Under the pieces are notes generated by a model. It saw only the letters and a program-made list of their open reading frames with translations. It was not told where the DNA came from and did not search any database. A program made the translations under genes and the position numbers. From Eledone cirrhosa (taxonomy: Eukaryota): DNA of 64,000 nt. Location of the stretch: the NCBI GenBank assembly GCA_964016885.1, contig OZ024755.1, positions 17,608,001 to 17,672,000 on the forward strand, given 5' to 3'. Numbering within the stretch: position 1 is the stretch's first letter; each line of letters begins with the position of its first letter. This document shows positions 28,789 through 42,169 of the stretch, in pieces.

Positions 28789-29483
28789 TACATACATATA
28801 TAAATATATATATACATGCATATATAAATATATATATATATACATACATATTGCCTCAAGTGGGAAAACCCCCGTCCAAACCCATGCAAGCGTGGAACAC
28901 GAACGTTAAACGTTGATGATGATGATGATGATGATATAAATATATATATATATATATATGCATACATAAATATATTTACAGACATAAATATATATATATT
29001 GTCAGATAAATTAACTATGGAGATATAAAAGATACAGAAGCAAAAACCAATCCAAACCAAACAGTGAGTGTGTTTTATTATTATTTCTGGCAATATTATA
29101 ACAATATCACCCTCCCCAAATATAACAATATACACATATATATAGGTGTATATATATATATATATATATATATACATACATAAATATATATATACACATA
29201 TACACATATACACACATACATACATATATGTATATAAAGGGAGAGAGAGAGTGTGTGTGTGATACAAAAGTCTAAATCTAGGAAGAAAGGTAGCCAAATT
29301 AGGTAACCATACAGTACAGTATAATTACAGCTCAACCTTTTACTTAGGTACTTAGGTCAATCAATCCTTGTTCAAGGTTGCCATTTATAAATTTATGGTC
29401 CCATTAACCTGTCTGGTCTCCCTCCTCCTTTAGAAGGTTATGTTATACTAAATTTAGGAACTATCCTCTTACTTTAATATTAG

Positions 29484-29571
29484 AACAAACCATAGATAGT
29501 GAGAAGAAAATATATCAAATTTCCAGCTCTTCTACCATAAAGACAATAAAAGCTTATGAATCACTTTTATG
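29484..29571 (+). CDS. Candidate internal exon
   Basis: ctcttactttaatattag acceptor and ATG|gtaatg donor; one open frame [28 protein letters not shown]. Confidence 0.2.
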
Positions 29572-29712
29572 GTAATGCCATTTTTGGTTAAGTATAGAAA
29601 ATTATATATATATATATGTCCCACCCTTGCAAGCAGGGAAAAGCGGACGTAAAATGATGATGATGATGATGATGATGATATATGTATGTATATAAATATA
29701 TTTATATATATG

Positions 29713-29945
<233 letters not shown>

Positions 29946-29964
29946 TCATATATATATATGTATT

Positions 29965-30058
<94 letters not shown>

Positions 30059-30517
30059 TATATATATATATTCATATATATATATCACAATGTAGGCGGT
30101 AAAAACCAGTGAGACCATTACTCACAAGAGTACTTTGGGTGGTAGAGTGGGTAATATGAAAAAATTCAGGACTCCGATGACTGACCACCATCACTGTCAC
30201 CACCACCACTACCACCCCACTAACACCACCACCAACACCACCCCACCACCACCACTGTCACCACCACCACCACCACCACCCCACTAACACCACCACCACC
30301 ACCACCACTGTCACCACCACCACCACCACCACCACCACTGTCACCACCACCACCACCACCACTGTCACCACCACCACTGTCACCACCACCACCACCACCA
30401 CCAGGCTGTTTCAACAGCTAGATCCAAACTGAGTTCGGTTCTAACTGTTGAAACAGCCAGAGCTCAGCCATCGGGGTCCTGAATTTTTTCATATATTTAC
30501 ATATATATATATATATA

Positions 30518-30962
30518 TCATCATCATCATCATCATCATCATTTTACGTCTGCTTTTCCCTGCTTGCAAGGGTGGGACGGGAACTGATTCTGGCTTGATT
30601 TCTACAGCTGGATGCCCTTCCTAACACCAACCTCAGTTACAGTGACTGCTGGGTGCTTTTTTGCCGTGGCACCTCCACAACCACTTTGCAGTGTGGGCTG
30701 GGTGCTTTTTTGCCGTGGCACCTCCACAACCACTTTGCAGTGTGGGCTGGGTGCTTTTTTGCCGTGGCACCTCCACAACCACTTTGCAATGGAATGATAG
30801 GGACACCAGTCCCTATCATCTCATTTCTACAGCTGAGTAAACTGGAGCAATGTGAAATAAAGTGTCTTGCTCAAGGAAACAACACATCACTGGTCTGAGA
30901 ATTGAACTCACAACCTTTTGATTGCTAGGCCAATGCTCTAAGCACTAAGCTATGTGCTTCCA
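30518..30962 (-). mobile_element. SINE family 2 with three internal ~49-bp units
   Basis: Reverse complement of family 2; gggtgcttttttgccgtggcacctccacaaccactttgca occurs three times. Confidence 0.88.
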
Positions 30963-31170
30963 TATATATGTTTTAATATAGATGAGATTCTACAGGAATA
31001 GAACTGTTTCATTCTTTAGAAATCATCATGAATCTGATTCCTGATGATTTCTAAAGAATGAAACAGTTCTAGTCCTGTAGAATCTCATCTATATTAAAAC
31101 TTTTATACTCTGCTATGTATTGAGTACCTTACTTACTGTGGTTACCTCCGATTCAACCCGGAATAACTTA

Positions 31171-31217
<47 letters not shown>

Positions 31218-31324
31218 CCCTTTTGTTGCTAGCAAGGAAGATAATTGATGCTGAAGATGATAATGGTGATGATGATGATGATGATTATAATGATTATAAT
31301 GATTATAATGATTATAATGACAAC

Positions 31325-31357
<33 letters not shown>

Positions 31358-31788
31358 AATAATGATGATGACTATAATGTAATGATCATGCATGATGATG
31401 ATGATGATGACGAGAACTAAAATTGAGGGAGATATTGGCTGCTTCTTCTAACAGGTCAATGACCCTTCCGCCACCACCCCCCCACCCCACCCCCCGCCGC
31501 CGCCCGCCCCCTCCCCCTTCCTCATAGATGCTTCCTCGATATTTATTTTTATTGTCTGCGAAGGAAATAAAATAGTAAAATTAACTCAGGTGACATCTGA
31601 ACTTAGATTGTAGAGAACTAAAATTAAATACAGTAAAACAGTATTTTATGTTGAAGGTTTTTTTTACTGCCTCACAGTAAAGTAATGGAGAATATTATAT
31701 TATGTATTTGTAACAGAAATATATATCATGGAGGCCATGAGAATAACTCTTTGCAGATGAAAACATTAAATAAAAATAGTATATTATC

Positions 31789-31820
<32 letters not shown>

Positions 31821-31905
31821 AGTGTGTGTGTGAGTGTGTGTGCATGTATGTGTGTGTGTGGGTGCATTTGTGTATGCACATATACATCCTCACGTATACA
31901 CACAT

Positions 31906-31959
<54 letters not shown>

Positions 31960-32038
31960 CACACACAGATACATACAGACATATATATATACATATTTAT
32001 ACACACACATACAGACATATATATATATATATATTTAT

Positions 32039-32071
<33 letters not shown>

Positions 32072-32582
32072 CATGTGCGTGTGTGTGCATGTATGTGTGT
32101 GTGTGGCTGCATTTGTGTATGCACATATACATCCTCACATACACACACACACAACATATATATATATATTTATACACACAGACACATACACACATATACA
32201 TATATACATGTGTGTGTGTGCATGTATGTGTGTGTGTGTGTGGCTGCGTTTGTGTATGCACATATACATCCTCACATACACACACACACAACATATATAT
32301 ATATATATTTATACACGCAGACACATACACATATATATATATATATATTTATACACACACATATATATATATATACATGTGTGTGTGTGCATGTATGTGT
32401 GTGTGTGCATGTATGTATGTGTGTGTGTCGCTGCATTTGTGTATGAACATATACATCCTCACATACACACACATACAACATATATATATATATATTTATA
32501 CATACACACACATACAACATATATATATATATATATTTATACACACAGATACATACACACATATATATATATATTTATACAG

Positions 32583-32647
<65 letters not shown>

Positions 32648-32744
32648 TAGATAGAGAGAGAGCGGTAAAAAGATGGATACATACATACATACATACACAC
32701 ATATAAATACATACATACACACACATACACACATACATACATGA

Positions 32745-33070
32745 ATCTGGCACACCATTAGTTACAACGAAGCGTGTTGATCCAGTTGATCCAACCAACA
32801 GAACAGCCTGCTCGTGAAATGAACATGCAAGTGGCTCAGCATTCCACAGACATGTGTACCCTTGATACAATTCTCAGGGAGATTCAGCATGACACAGAAT
32901 GTGACAAGGCTGGGCCTTTGAATTGCAGATACAACTCCTTTTTGCCGACTGAGGGAACTGGAGCAACATGAAATAATGTGTCTTGCTCAAGGACACAACA
33001 CACCACTGGGAATCGAACTCAATGTCTTACAATTGTGAGCCAAATACCCTAATCACAAAGCCACATGCCT
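32745..33070 (-). mobile_element. CORE-type SINE with a further tail type
   Basis: B box gagttcgattccc and ccttgagcaagacac core; tail related to ~60070-60130. Confidence 0.65.
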
Positions 33071-33237
33071 TCATACATACATACTTACTTCCTACACCTA
33101 TCACATCACTTTGTCATCTCCTCTATGAATTTCAGTATTCGGAGATCAGCTCTCACCACTTCTGTCCAGGTTTTCCATGGCATTCCACTTCTGCAGCTTC
33201 TTTCCACCTTCCATTTGGACCTCCTGCCACTTCATCC

Positions 33238-33810
33238 CCCAATGACCATCACCAATGACCATCACCCAAATACCATCACACAATGACCACCACCCAAAGA
33301 CCATTACCCAAAGACCATCACCCAATGACCATCACCCAATGACCATCACCCAATGACCATCACCCAAAGACCAACACCCAAAGACCATCACCCAATGACC
33401 ATCACCCAAAGACCATCACCCAATGACCATCACCCAAAGACCATCACCCAAAGACCATCACCCAATGACCATCACCCAATGACCATCACCCAATGACCAT
33501 CACCCAAAGACCAACACCCAAAGACCAACACCCAAAGACCATCACCCAAAGACCATCACCCAATGACCATCACCCAAAGACCATCACCCAATGACCATCA
33601 CCCAAAGACCATCACCCAATGACCATCACCCAAAACCATCACCCAAAGACCATCACCCAATGACCATCACCCAATGACCATCACCCAAAGACCAACACCC
33701 AATGACCATCACCCAAAACCATCACCCAAAGACCATCACCCAATGACCATCACCCAATGACCATCACCCAAACACCATCACTCAATGACTATCAGCCAAT
33801 GACCATCATC
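33238..33810. repeat. 14-bp minisatellite (gaccatcacccaaW)n, ~40 units
   Basis: Direct reading. Confidence 0.92.
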
Positions 33811-33824
33811 CATATACATCATGA

Positions 33825-34360
33825 AAACCATCACCATTTAATGTCCATTTTTCCATGTCAGCGACCATACCAGTGCAATATTCTCACTTTCACACCACAT
33901 CTGATGCTCAGTTCTTCCTTGGCCTGACGCACCTTTCCACTTCATCGCACAATAACCATCCTCCATATGTATCACATGTCGATACCAGTGCAATCCTCTC
34001 ACTCAGTTGTTCCTTGGTATTCCACATCTGCAGCTCCCTTCCACTTGGAACCCCTGAAATATTTTCACACAATGATCATTTATCATCCGTATGCATCACA
34101 TGTCGCTACCAGCACAAACTCCTCTGCCTCTCTTACGCATTGCATTTGCTTCCTCTTATTTCCAGCTTTCCCACTGCAACTCATTTGTGCTTTGTTGTTC
34201 ATGCACGCTAACAATACATATCCAGTGGAGCATGCTGGCCTCGTTTCTTTTTAATATTTGCACATCTTCCGCATTCAAAGCCCTTATCTCACTACCATGC
34301 AACATCGCACTTTGTATGCAGGCATCACATAATCTTCTTTTCGCTTGAGGAGAAAGAATC
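33825..34360 (-). mobile_element. Decayed RTE-clade LINE fragment
   Basis: [20 protein letters not shown]...[10 protein letters not shown] resembles the RTE post-RT region. A second remnant (PWKTWTEVVRADLRIL) lies at ~33105-33215. Confidence 0.75.
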
Positions 34361-34361
34361 C

Positions 34362-34404
<43 letters not shown>

Positions 34405-34417
34405 AGTGTGTGTAAAG

Positions 34418-34448
<31 letters not shown>

Positions 34449-34629
34449 GCGTGTAAAGTATATATATGTATGTGTATATATATATGCGTGTAAAGTATAT
34501 ATATATATGTGTATATATATATATGCGTGTAAAGTATATATATATATATGTATGTATATATATATATGCGTGTAAAGTATATATATATATATATGTATGT
34601 ATATTTATATATATATATATGCATGTAAA

Positions 34630-34670
<41 letters not shown>

Positions 34671-34804
34671 ATATATACACATATAAATATATATATATAA
34701 TTTATATATATACTTAACACGCATATATATATATATACATATATATATAATATAGATATACTTTACATGCATATATATATATCATATAGATATATACTTA
34801 ACAA

Positions 34805-34854
<50 letters not shown>

Positions 34855-35134
34855 TGTAGATATACTTTACATGCATATATATATATATGTGTGTGTGTGT
34901 GTAGAGAGAGAGAAGAGGAGAGAATTTTTTTTTATATTAGTAGAAGTACCCAGCCTTGCCGAGATTTATTCATGCCTAAAATAAATTTATAAAACTATAA
35001 TTTGGATAAATTGCTTTAAAAAAACATGCTGACAATCTTCAGTTTGTCCAGAAATATTGATTTGCTAAGAATATTTGCATTCAAGCATTTCAGATGTTGC
35101 ATTCAAGTTGAGCTGTGTAAAAGTTTGTGAAAAG

Positions 35135-35885
35135 AAAAAAAAGAATAATGAATAAATGAATTTAAAAAAAAAAAAAATAATATATAAAAAAAGAATAATG
35201 AATAAATGAATAAAAAAAAAAATAATAATATATATATATATATAAATAAATAATATATATAAATAAATAATATATATATATAAATAAATAAAAATAAATA
35301 ACATGTAATAAATAAAATAAACAAATAATAATTGTTTCTACTTTAGGCACAAGGCCAGCAATTACCCAGTGCATTACTGGTACTTTATTTTATAAATAAT
35401 ATATAAAAAACGAATAATGAATAAATGAATAAAAAAAATAAATAAATAATATATAAAAAAAAGAATAATGAATAAATGAATAAAAAAAATAAATAAATAA
35501 TATATAAAAAAAAGAATAATGAATAAATGAATAAAAAAAATAAATAAATAATATATAAAAAAAAGAATAATGAATAAATGAATAAAAAAAATAAATAAAT
35601 AATATATAAAAAAAAGAATAATGAATAAATGAATAAAAAAATAAATAAATAATATATAAAAAAAAGAATAATGAATAAATGAATAAAAAAAATAAATAAA
35701 TAATATATAAAAAAAGAAGAAAGAATAAATGAATAAAAAAAAAAAAATAATATATATATATAAATAAATAATATATATAAATAAATAATATATATATATA
35801 AATAAATAATATATATAAATAAATAATATATATATATAAATAAATAAAAATAAATAACATGTAATAAATAAAATAAACAAATAAT
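35135..35885. repeat. A/T-rich ~55-bp minisatellite
   Basis: aagaataatgaataaatgaataaaaaaaataaataaataatatataaaaa repeated. Confidence 0.85.
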
Positions 35886-36062
35886 AATTGTTTCTACTTT
35901 AGGCACAAGGCCAGCAATTTACCAGTCAGTGCATTACTGGTACTTTATTTTATCGACCCCGTAAGGATGAAAGGCAAAGTTAACCTCGGCGGGATTTGAA
36001 CTCAGACCATAAAGGGCCGTAACTCTATGCGTCAAAGCATGGTGTCCGACCTTCTACCAATA
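35886..36062 (-). mobile_element. SINE family 1
   Basis: Matches consensus; a duplicate tail fragment lies at 35330-35392. Confidence 0.85.
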
Positions 36063-36773
36063 TTAATAATAATAATAACAACAATATTTATTGGCCACAA
36101 GGGCCGACATATAGGGGACAATACAAAGACAGGGACAGTGGGGTGGGGGAGGTTACAATAAATTTGAATAAAAATACGCAATAACAAAACCAGTTTAACA
36201 ATGAAAAAATGTTTTAAAAATAATATATATATAAAAATATAACAAAAATAATAATAATAATAATAATAATGATTTCTTTATTTTTTTTATTTATATATTT
36301 ATTTATTTTAATAAGAATAATAATAATAATAAATATAAACAAACAAATATTGAACCCATAAAATTTTACTCTTGCATTTTTTGTTAATATTTGGGTAAAA
36401 ATGTTATATATATATATTTGTTTTATTTTATTTTGTTTTGTTTTGTTTTTTTTTTGTTGTTGTTTTGCTTTTATCAAAATTGTGGACTAATTTACATAAT
36501 TACTGTAAATGAATTATAATTATTTTACAAATCAATAACTTTTTTTCCAATATCTATTGTAGTGTTTTGTGATATACAATATTTTGATGTTTTTGGAGGG
36601 TGTTTTTTTGTTTATTTTCCTGCCAGCAGTGTTATAGTAAGTGAAGTTATTTATTTTTTTTTATATATTATTTATCTTACAACTTTTTCATTGAGAAGAT
36701 TTGACCCTGTTTGAAATTTCAATTACTTTAGGTGTAAAACTGCAGTTTACTGTTTGGAACATACATACATATA

Positions 36774-37370
36774 TGGTGGCTGCCAACTCATTTTTGAGTA
36801 CGGCCACTACTTTATATCCATGTAGGAGAAGCCCTACCGATGCACTGAACGAGTGTGACTTTTTAGTCCAGCCAGCGACTTGAAAACTCTGGTACAAACA
36901 CTACACTTGTGACAATTACTGACACACAGTGTTGGGCCCTTGGTACCATGTGACGACAAGTGCAGAGAGATCTCCAAATATAAAGCAATGCCTGTGCCAT
37001 GAACCTTTTATAGTGAGCAAAGGCACTGCACAAAGCCAGTCCAACTCTCTTAACCAAGATGATATTTACCAAAAAGAAGAACAAGTCAACATCATTGGAT
37101 ACCATCAGGGTTGCAGGTTTTTCCTTCTCCTAGAATTCTGCCTTGAAAAAGGCTAAGGGGTCATCTCTCCCGGTGATTTTGGATGGCCATTGACTCTTAA
37201 GAGCTCCTTTGCCCTTTGACAGGTTTTGTTTTTAGTCCTGCAGGATGTCCAAAGTCACCCTCCTCACCAAGAAACCTTAGTGGGGTTGCCAGTTTAGTCG
37301 CCATCGAGCCGACCATGAGACAGGTTGTACTGAGATACATGTTACCAGTAGCACCAACTGGTGACCTGAC
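36774..37370 (-). mobile_element. Second copy of the non-autonomous RTE-like element
   Basis: Same termini as 16609-17214, with small indels. Confidence 0.6.
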
Positions 37371-37856
37371 ATACATATATACATACATACAAACATACCA
37401 TCATCATCATCATCATCATCGTTGTCCGACCCTCATCATTTTCGTTTAACGTCCATCTTCCACACTAGCATGGGTTAGACGGGAGTTGTCCCACTTGAAG
37501 CAAGGTTGGTCGGGTGACCGTGTCTCGTTCATATAGGACTACCTGGCTGGATGCCCTTCCTAACACCAACCACATTTACAGTGTTTACCATAAAGCGGTT
37601 AAACCAGTGTTCTAAATAGCTTGGCAAGCTATTTAGAACACTGGTTTAACCGCTTTACTTCCCTCCGAAGAAGAGATATTATCTCGAAAATTAAGGACAT
37701 TTAAATAAATCTAAGGTAAAAGACTAATTGTCAACAATATCTTTTGCATTTGCATGTCCATACCTGCATTATTTTGGCTTTATTATACATATAAAAACGT
37801 TTATACCTCATTACACAATGCTTCAAGTGAACTATAACTTCCTCCTTATATATATA

Positions 37857-37897
<41 letters not shown>

Positions 37898-38063
37898 CAT
37901 TGTTTAGTTAATGATGTTTAACATACCACAGAATTAGGTATCATCATATACACACTCACTCTTTCATATACATACATTATATATATATATGTGTGCATGT
38001 GTGTCAGTGTGGATTTATGTATGTAAGAATGTATGTATGTATTTGTATATATATATATATATA

Positions 38064-38138
<75 letters not shown>

Positions 38139-38226
38139 GTGCATTGATACACACACACAAATTTATAACCATTAAATGATAAAAGTATGTGTGTATATAT
38201 TGCAAACATCAGATGATAAATACGCG

Positions 38227-38279
<53 letters not shown>

Positions 38280-38349
38280 CATTATATTATACATTGATTT
38301 CCTTTTATATTTATATATATATATATATACACACATATGCATACACACA

Positions 38350-38391
<42 letters not shown>

Positions 38392-38973
38392 TGCATAAGA
38401 CTGAGTATTGATGCACACATATTTTCTTCTCTCTCGATCCCCCACTCCCTCTCTCTCTCTCTCTTTCCCACCCTCCCACCTCCACTCTCTCTCAATCCCC
38501 CACCCCATCTCTCTCTCTCCCACCCCATCTCTCTCTCTCTCCCAACCTCTCTCTCTCTCGATCCACCACCCCCTCTCTCTCTCTCTCTCTCCCCCTCTCT
38601 GCAGCTTCACTGATTGAAAGTTCATTTAAGCATGTAATCCTCCAAGCCAACAGTGGAGATGGAGGCTCCTCTCCCCCCTCCCTCTCCCCCCTCTCCCCTC
38701 CCTCTCCCCCTCTCTTTCTCTTCCCCCTTCTCACTCTCAAACCCCCCCTCTCGTCTCTTTCACCCCCCCTCTCTCTCCTACTCTCTCTTTCTATCTCTCT
38801 CTCTCTCTCTTACTATCTCTCTCTATAATACTCTCTTTCTCTTTCTATCTATCTCACTCTCTCTCTCTCTCTCTTGTCTCTCACTCTCCCTTTATCTCTT
38901 TCTCTTCCCCCCTTTTCTCACTCTACCCCCCCCCCCTCTCTCTCTCCCTCTCTCTCTATGGTGGATTATTCAC

Positions 38974-39075
38974 CAGTTTTTCAAGGAAGCCACAAAGTGA
39001 TGGCTAAAGGAATTAATCATTATCTTTGTCACGTTCTTATCATTAAAGAGTCCCACTTGACTGACTAGGGACAAC
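38974..39075 (-). CDS. Candidate 102-nt symmetric exon
   Basis: ttcacag|G acceptor and CTG|gtgaat donor; open frame LSLVSQVGLFNDKNVTKIMINSFSHHFVASLKN. Confidence 0.2.
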
Positions 39076-39113
39076 CTGTGAACCCAACACTGGAATCCTG
39101 CCACTCTGCTCCC

Positions 39114-39155
<42 letters not shown>

Positions 39156-39344
39156 CCTCATCATCACCATCATCATCATTTTTGCGTCCGCTTTTCCCTG
39201 CTTGCAAGGGTGGGACGGGAACTGATTCTGGCTTGATTTCTACAGCTGGATGCCCTTCCTAACACCAACCTCATTTACAGTGAGTGCTGGGTGCTTTTTT
39301 GCCGTGGCACCCATATGACCACTTTGCAGTGGAATGATAGGGAC

Positions 39345-40005
39345 CCTTTTTTTTGTGACACCTACACAACCACTTTACAGTGTGGACTGGGTGCTTTTTG
39401 TCGTGATACCTACACAACCTCTTTACAGTGTGGACTGGGTGCTTTTTATCATGACGCCTACACAACCACTTTACAGTGTGGACTGGGTGCTTTTTGTCGT
39501 GATACCTACACAACCACTTTACAGTGTGGACTGGGTGCTTTTTGTCATGACACTTACACAACCACTTTACAGTGTGGACTGGGTGCTTTTTATCGTGACG
39601 CCTACACAACCACTTTACAGTGTGGACTGGGTGCTTTTTGTCATGACACCTACACAACCACTTTACAGTGTGGACTGGGTGCTTTTTGTCATGACACTTA
39701 CACAACCTCTTTACAGTGTGGACTGGGTGCTTTTTATCGTGACGCCTACACAACCACTTTACAGTGTGGACTGGGTGCTTTTTGTCATGACACCTACACA
39801 ACCACTTTACAGTGTGGACTGGGTGCTTTTTGTCATGACACTTACACAACCACTTTACAGTGTGGACTGGGTGCTTTTTATCGTGACGCCTACACAACCA
39901 CTTTACAGTGTGGACTGGGTGCTTTTTATCGTGACGCCTACACAACCACTTTACAGTGTGGACTGGGTGCTTTTTGTCATGACACCTACACAACCACTTT
40001 ACAGT
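39345..40005. repeat. 48-bp minisatellite, ~14 units, derived from the family 2 SINE body
   Basis: Unit ttacagtgtggactgggtgctttttgtcatgacacctacacaaccact, contiguous with a SINE 3' part at 39160-39345. Confidence 0.92.
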
Positions 40006-40796
40006 GGGAGGTGGAGGCATACTGTGTATGTGCTTCAGCTTCAGCCTGTGCCCTTGGGAAGTCAGGTCTTCTGTAGGATAGATAGTGAAAGAGAACAAGT
40101 GAGAAAGAGATATAGAGGAAGAATCAGCCCCAGTTGTTGACTGGTACTTTTTTACTAACCTCGAAAGAATGAAAGGTAAAATTATCTTCAGCAGGATTTA
40201 AACTCAGAGAACAGACAGCCAGAACAAATACCATAAAGCATTCTATCCGACATTCTAATAACTCTGCCAACTCGCTGCTCTTTACAGGATGACAAACTAT
40301 AGAAGAAAACATGGTGTCCCTCAAGCTATCAGTAACTACAATTCCACCAGCCCTCTTCATGGAACATTCAATATATTTTGTGGTGCGAACATAACATCCT
40401 ATTATGATATTCTGATACTTATTTATTCTCTAATGCATTTCACTTCAAATCTTTCTATGTATACATAGTATATTGTTGCGATAAAAACTGTTGTTTTCAT
40501 GCAGAATTGTAGCTGGTTGTCTTAGTTAGTTGTTTTTTTTATAATAAATTCCATTGGAACACATCTCAATTTATATCATCGACATCAATAGTAAAATAGG
40601 TTTTGCATTACAGAACTCCAGGTTGCAAGAATAGTTTCAGGAATGCATTACTTCTGTAATATGAGATGCCTATAAGTATATAACACATATACCATTATCA
40701 TCATCTTCATTTAACATACATTTTTCCATGCTAGCATGTATATATATATATATATATATATATAATTACAATGGAATAGTTTCTATTATAAATATA

Positions 40797-41185
40797 TCAT
40801 CATCATCATCATCATTTTTTTACGTCCGCTTTTCCCTGCTTGTCTTGCTCATACGGGAACTGATTCTGGCTTGATTTCTACAGCTGGATGCCCTTTCTAA
40901 CACCAACCTCATTTACAGTGAGTGCTAGGTGCTTTTTTTTTTCTGTGGCGTCTACACGTCCACTTTACAGTGTGGGCTGGGTGCTTTTTTGCCGTGGCAC
41001 CCCCACAACCACTTTGCAGTGGAATGATATGGACCCCAGTCCCTATCATCTCATTTCTACAGCTGAGTAAACTGGAGCAATGTCAAATAAAGTGTCTTGC
41101 TCAAGGAAACAACACATCACCCGGTCTGAGAATTGAACTCACAACCTTTCTATTGCAAGCCCAATGCTCTAACCACTAAGCCATG
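40797..41185 (-). mobile_element. SINE family 2
   Basis: Reverse complement of family 2, two internal units. Confidence 0.85.
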
Positions 41186-41204
41186 CATTATATATATAAG
41201 TAAT

Positions 41205-41394
41205 GGGGCGGTGGATTGGCATTATTAGTAGAGGGTCGGACGCCATGCTTTCCAGCATAGTTACGTCCCTTTACGATCTGAGTTCAAATCCCGCCGAGGT
41301 TGACTTTGCCTTTCATCCTTACGGGGTCGATAAAATAAAGTACCAGTAATGCACTGGGTAATTGCTGGCCTTGTGCCTAAAGTCGAAACAATTA
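41205..41394 (+). mobile_element. SINE family 1
   Basis: Full copy gggcggtggattggc ... gaaacaattat. Confidence 0.88.
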
Positions 41395-41428
41395 TATATA
41401 TAAGTAATTACAATGGAATAGTCTCTAT

Positions 41429-41465
<37 letters not shown>

Positions 41466-41552
41466 ATAATGAAAGTGTGGTAAGAAACCAGTTTGGATCT
41501 AGCTGTTAAAACAGCCGGAGCTCAGCTGTGGGGGTCCTGACTCTTTTCCTAT

Positions 41553-41737
41553 ACTGAAGGAAGACGCAGTAGAGGAAGACCACGAAAAACATGGGCGGAG
41601 GTGGTGAGAACAGCCCTCAGATCACTGAAGCTCACGGAGATGACGAAGGACCGTGACAAGTGGAGAGATGCTGTGTTGAATAGAACCCGTCCAACCCTTG
41701 CAAGCAGGGAAAAGCGGATGTAAAATGATGATGATGA
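41553..41737 (+). mobile_element. 5'-truncated RTE-clade LINE 3' end
   Basis: Frame 41553-41723 reads [56 protein letters not shown], with the RGRP..W / DR..WR C-terminal motifs of RTE ORFs, followed by (tga)n. Confidence 0.85.
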
Positions 41738-42169
41738 TATATATATATATATACAATCCTTATTGTGAGTGTGGAAGTATGCAGATGTGTGTGACAGTGT
41801 GTATGTGTGTATGAGTGTGTTTGTGTGAGTGTGCAAGTGTACGTGTGTGTGTGTGCGTGTGTGAATATCTATGTCTGTGTGTCAATGTGTGTGTGTCAGA
41901 GTATGTGTGTGTGTGTGAGAGTGAGTGTGTGTGTGTGTGTCAGTGTACATGTGTGTGTGTGTGTGTCAGTGTACATGTGTGTGTGTGCGTGTGTGAATAT
42001 CTATGTCTGTGTGTCAATGTGTGTGTGTCAGAGTATGTGTGTGTGTGAGTGAGTGTGTGTGTGTGAGAGAGTATGATGTAGAGATGTATGAACAACTGTC
42101 GTGTGTTTGCTGAGCCACGAAATGAAGAACAAGTTTATATAATTCACACATGCCTAGTGTCAGACACCC

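Noticed and set aside
39271-40140. CRISPR-like array or Cys/His repeat protein
   Set aside because: Contiguous 48-bp units with no unique spacers, no cas genes, and clear derivation from a SINE body.
40288-40467. 59-codon open frame after a tttacag acceptor-like site
   Set aside because: No recognisable motif or convincing donor, and it directly abuts a SINE.
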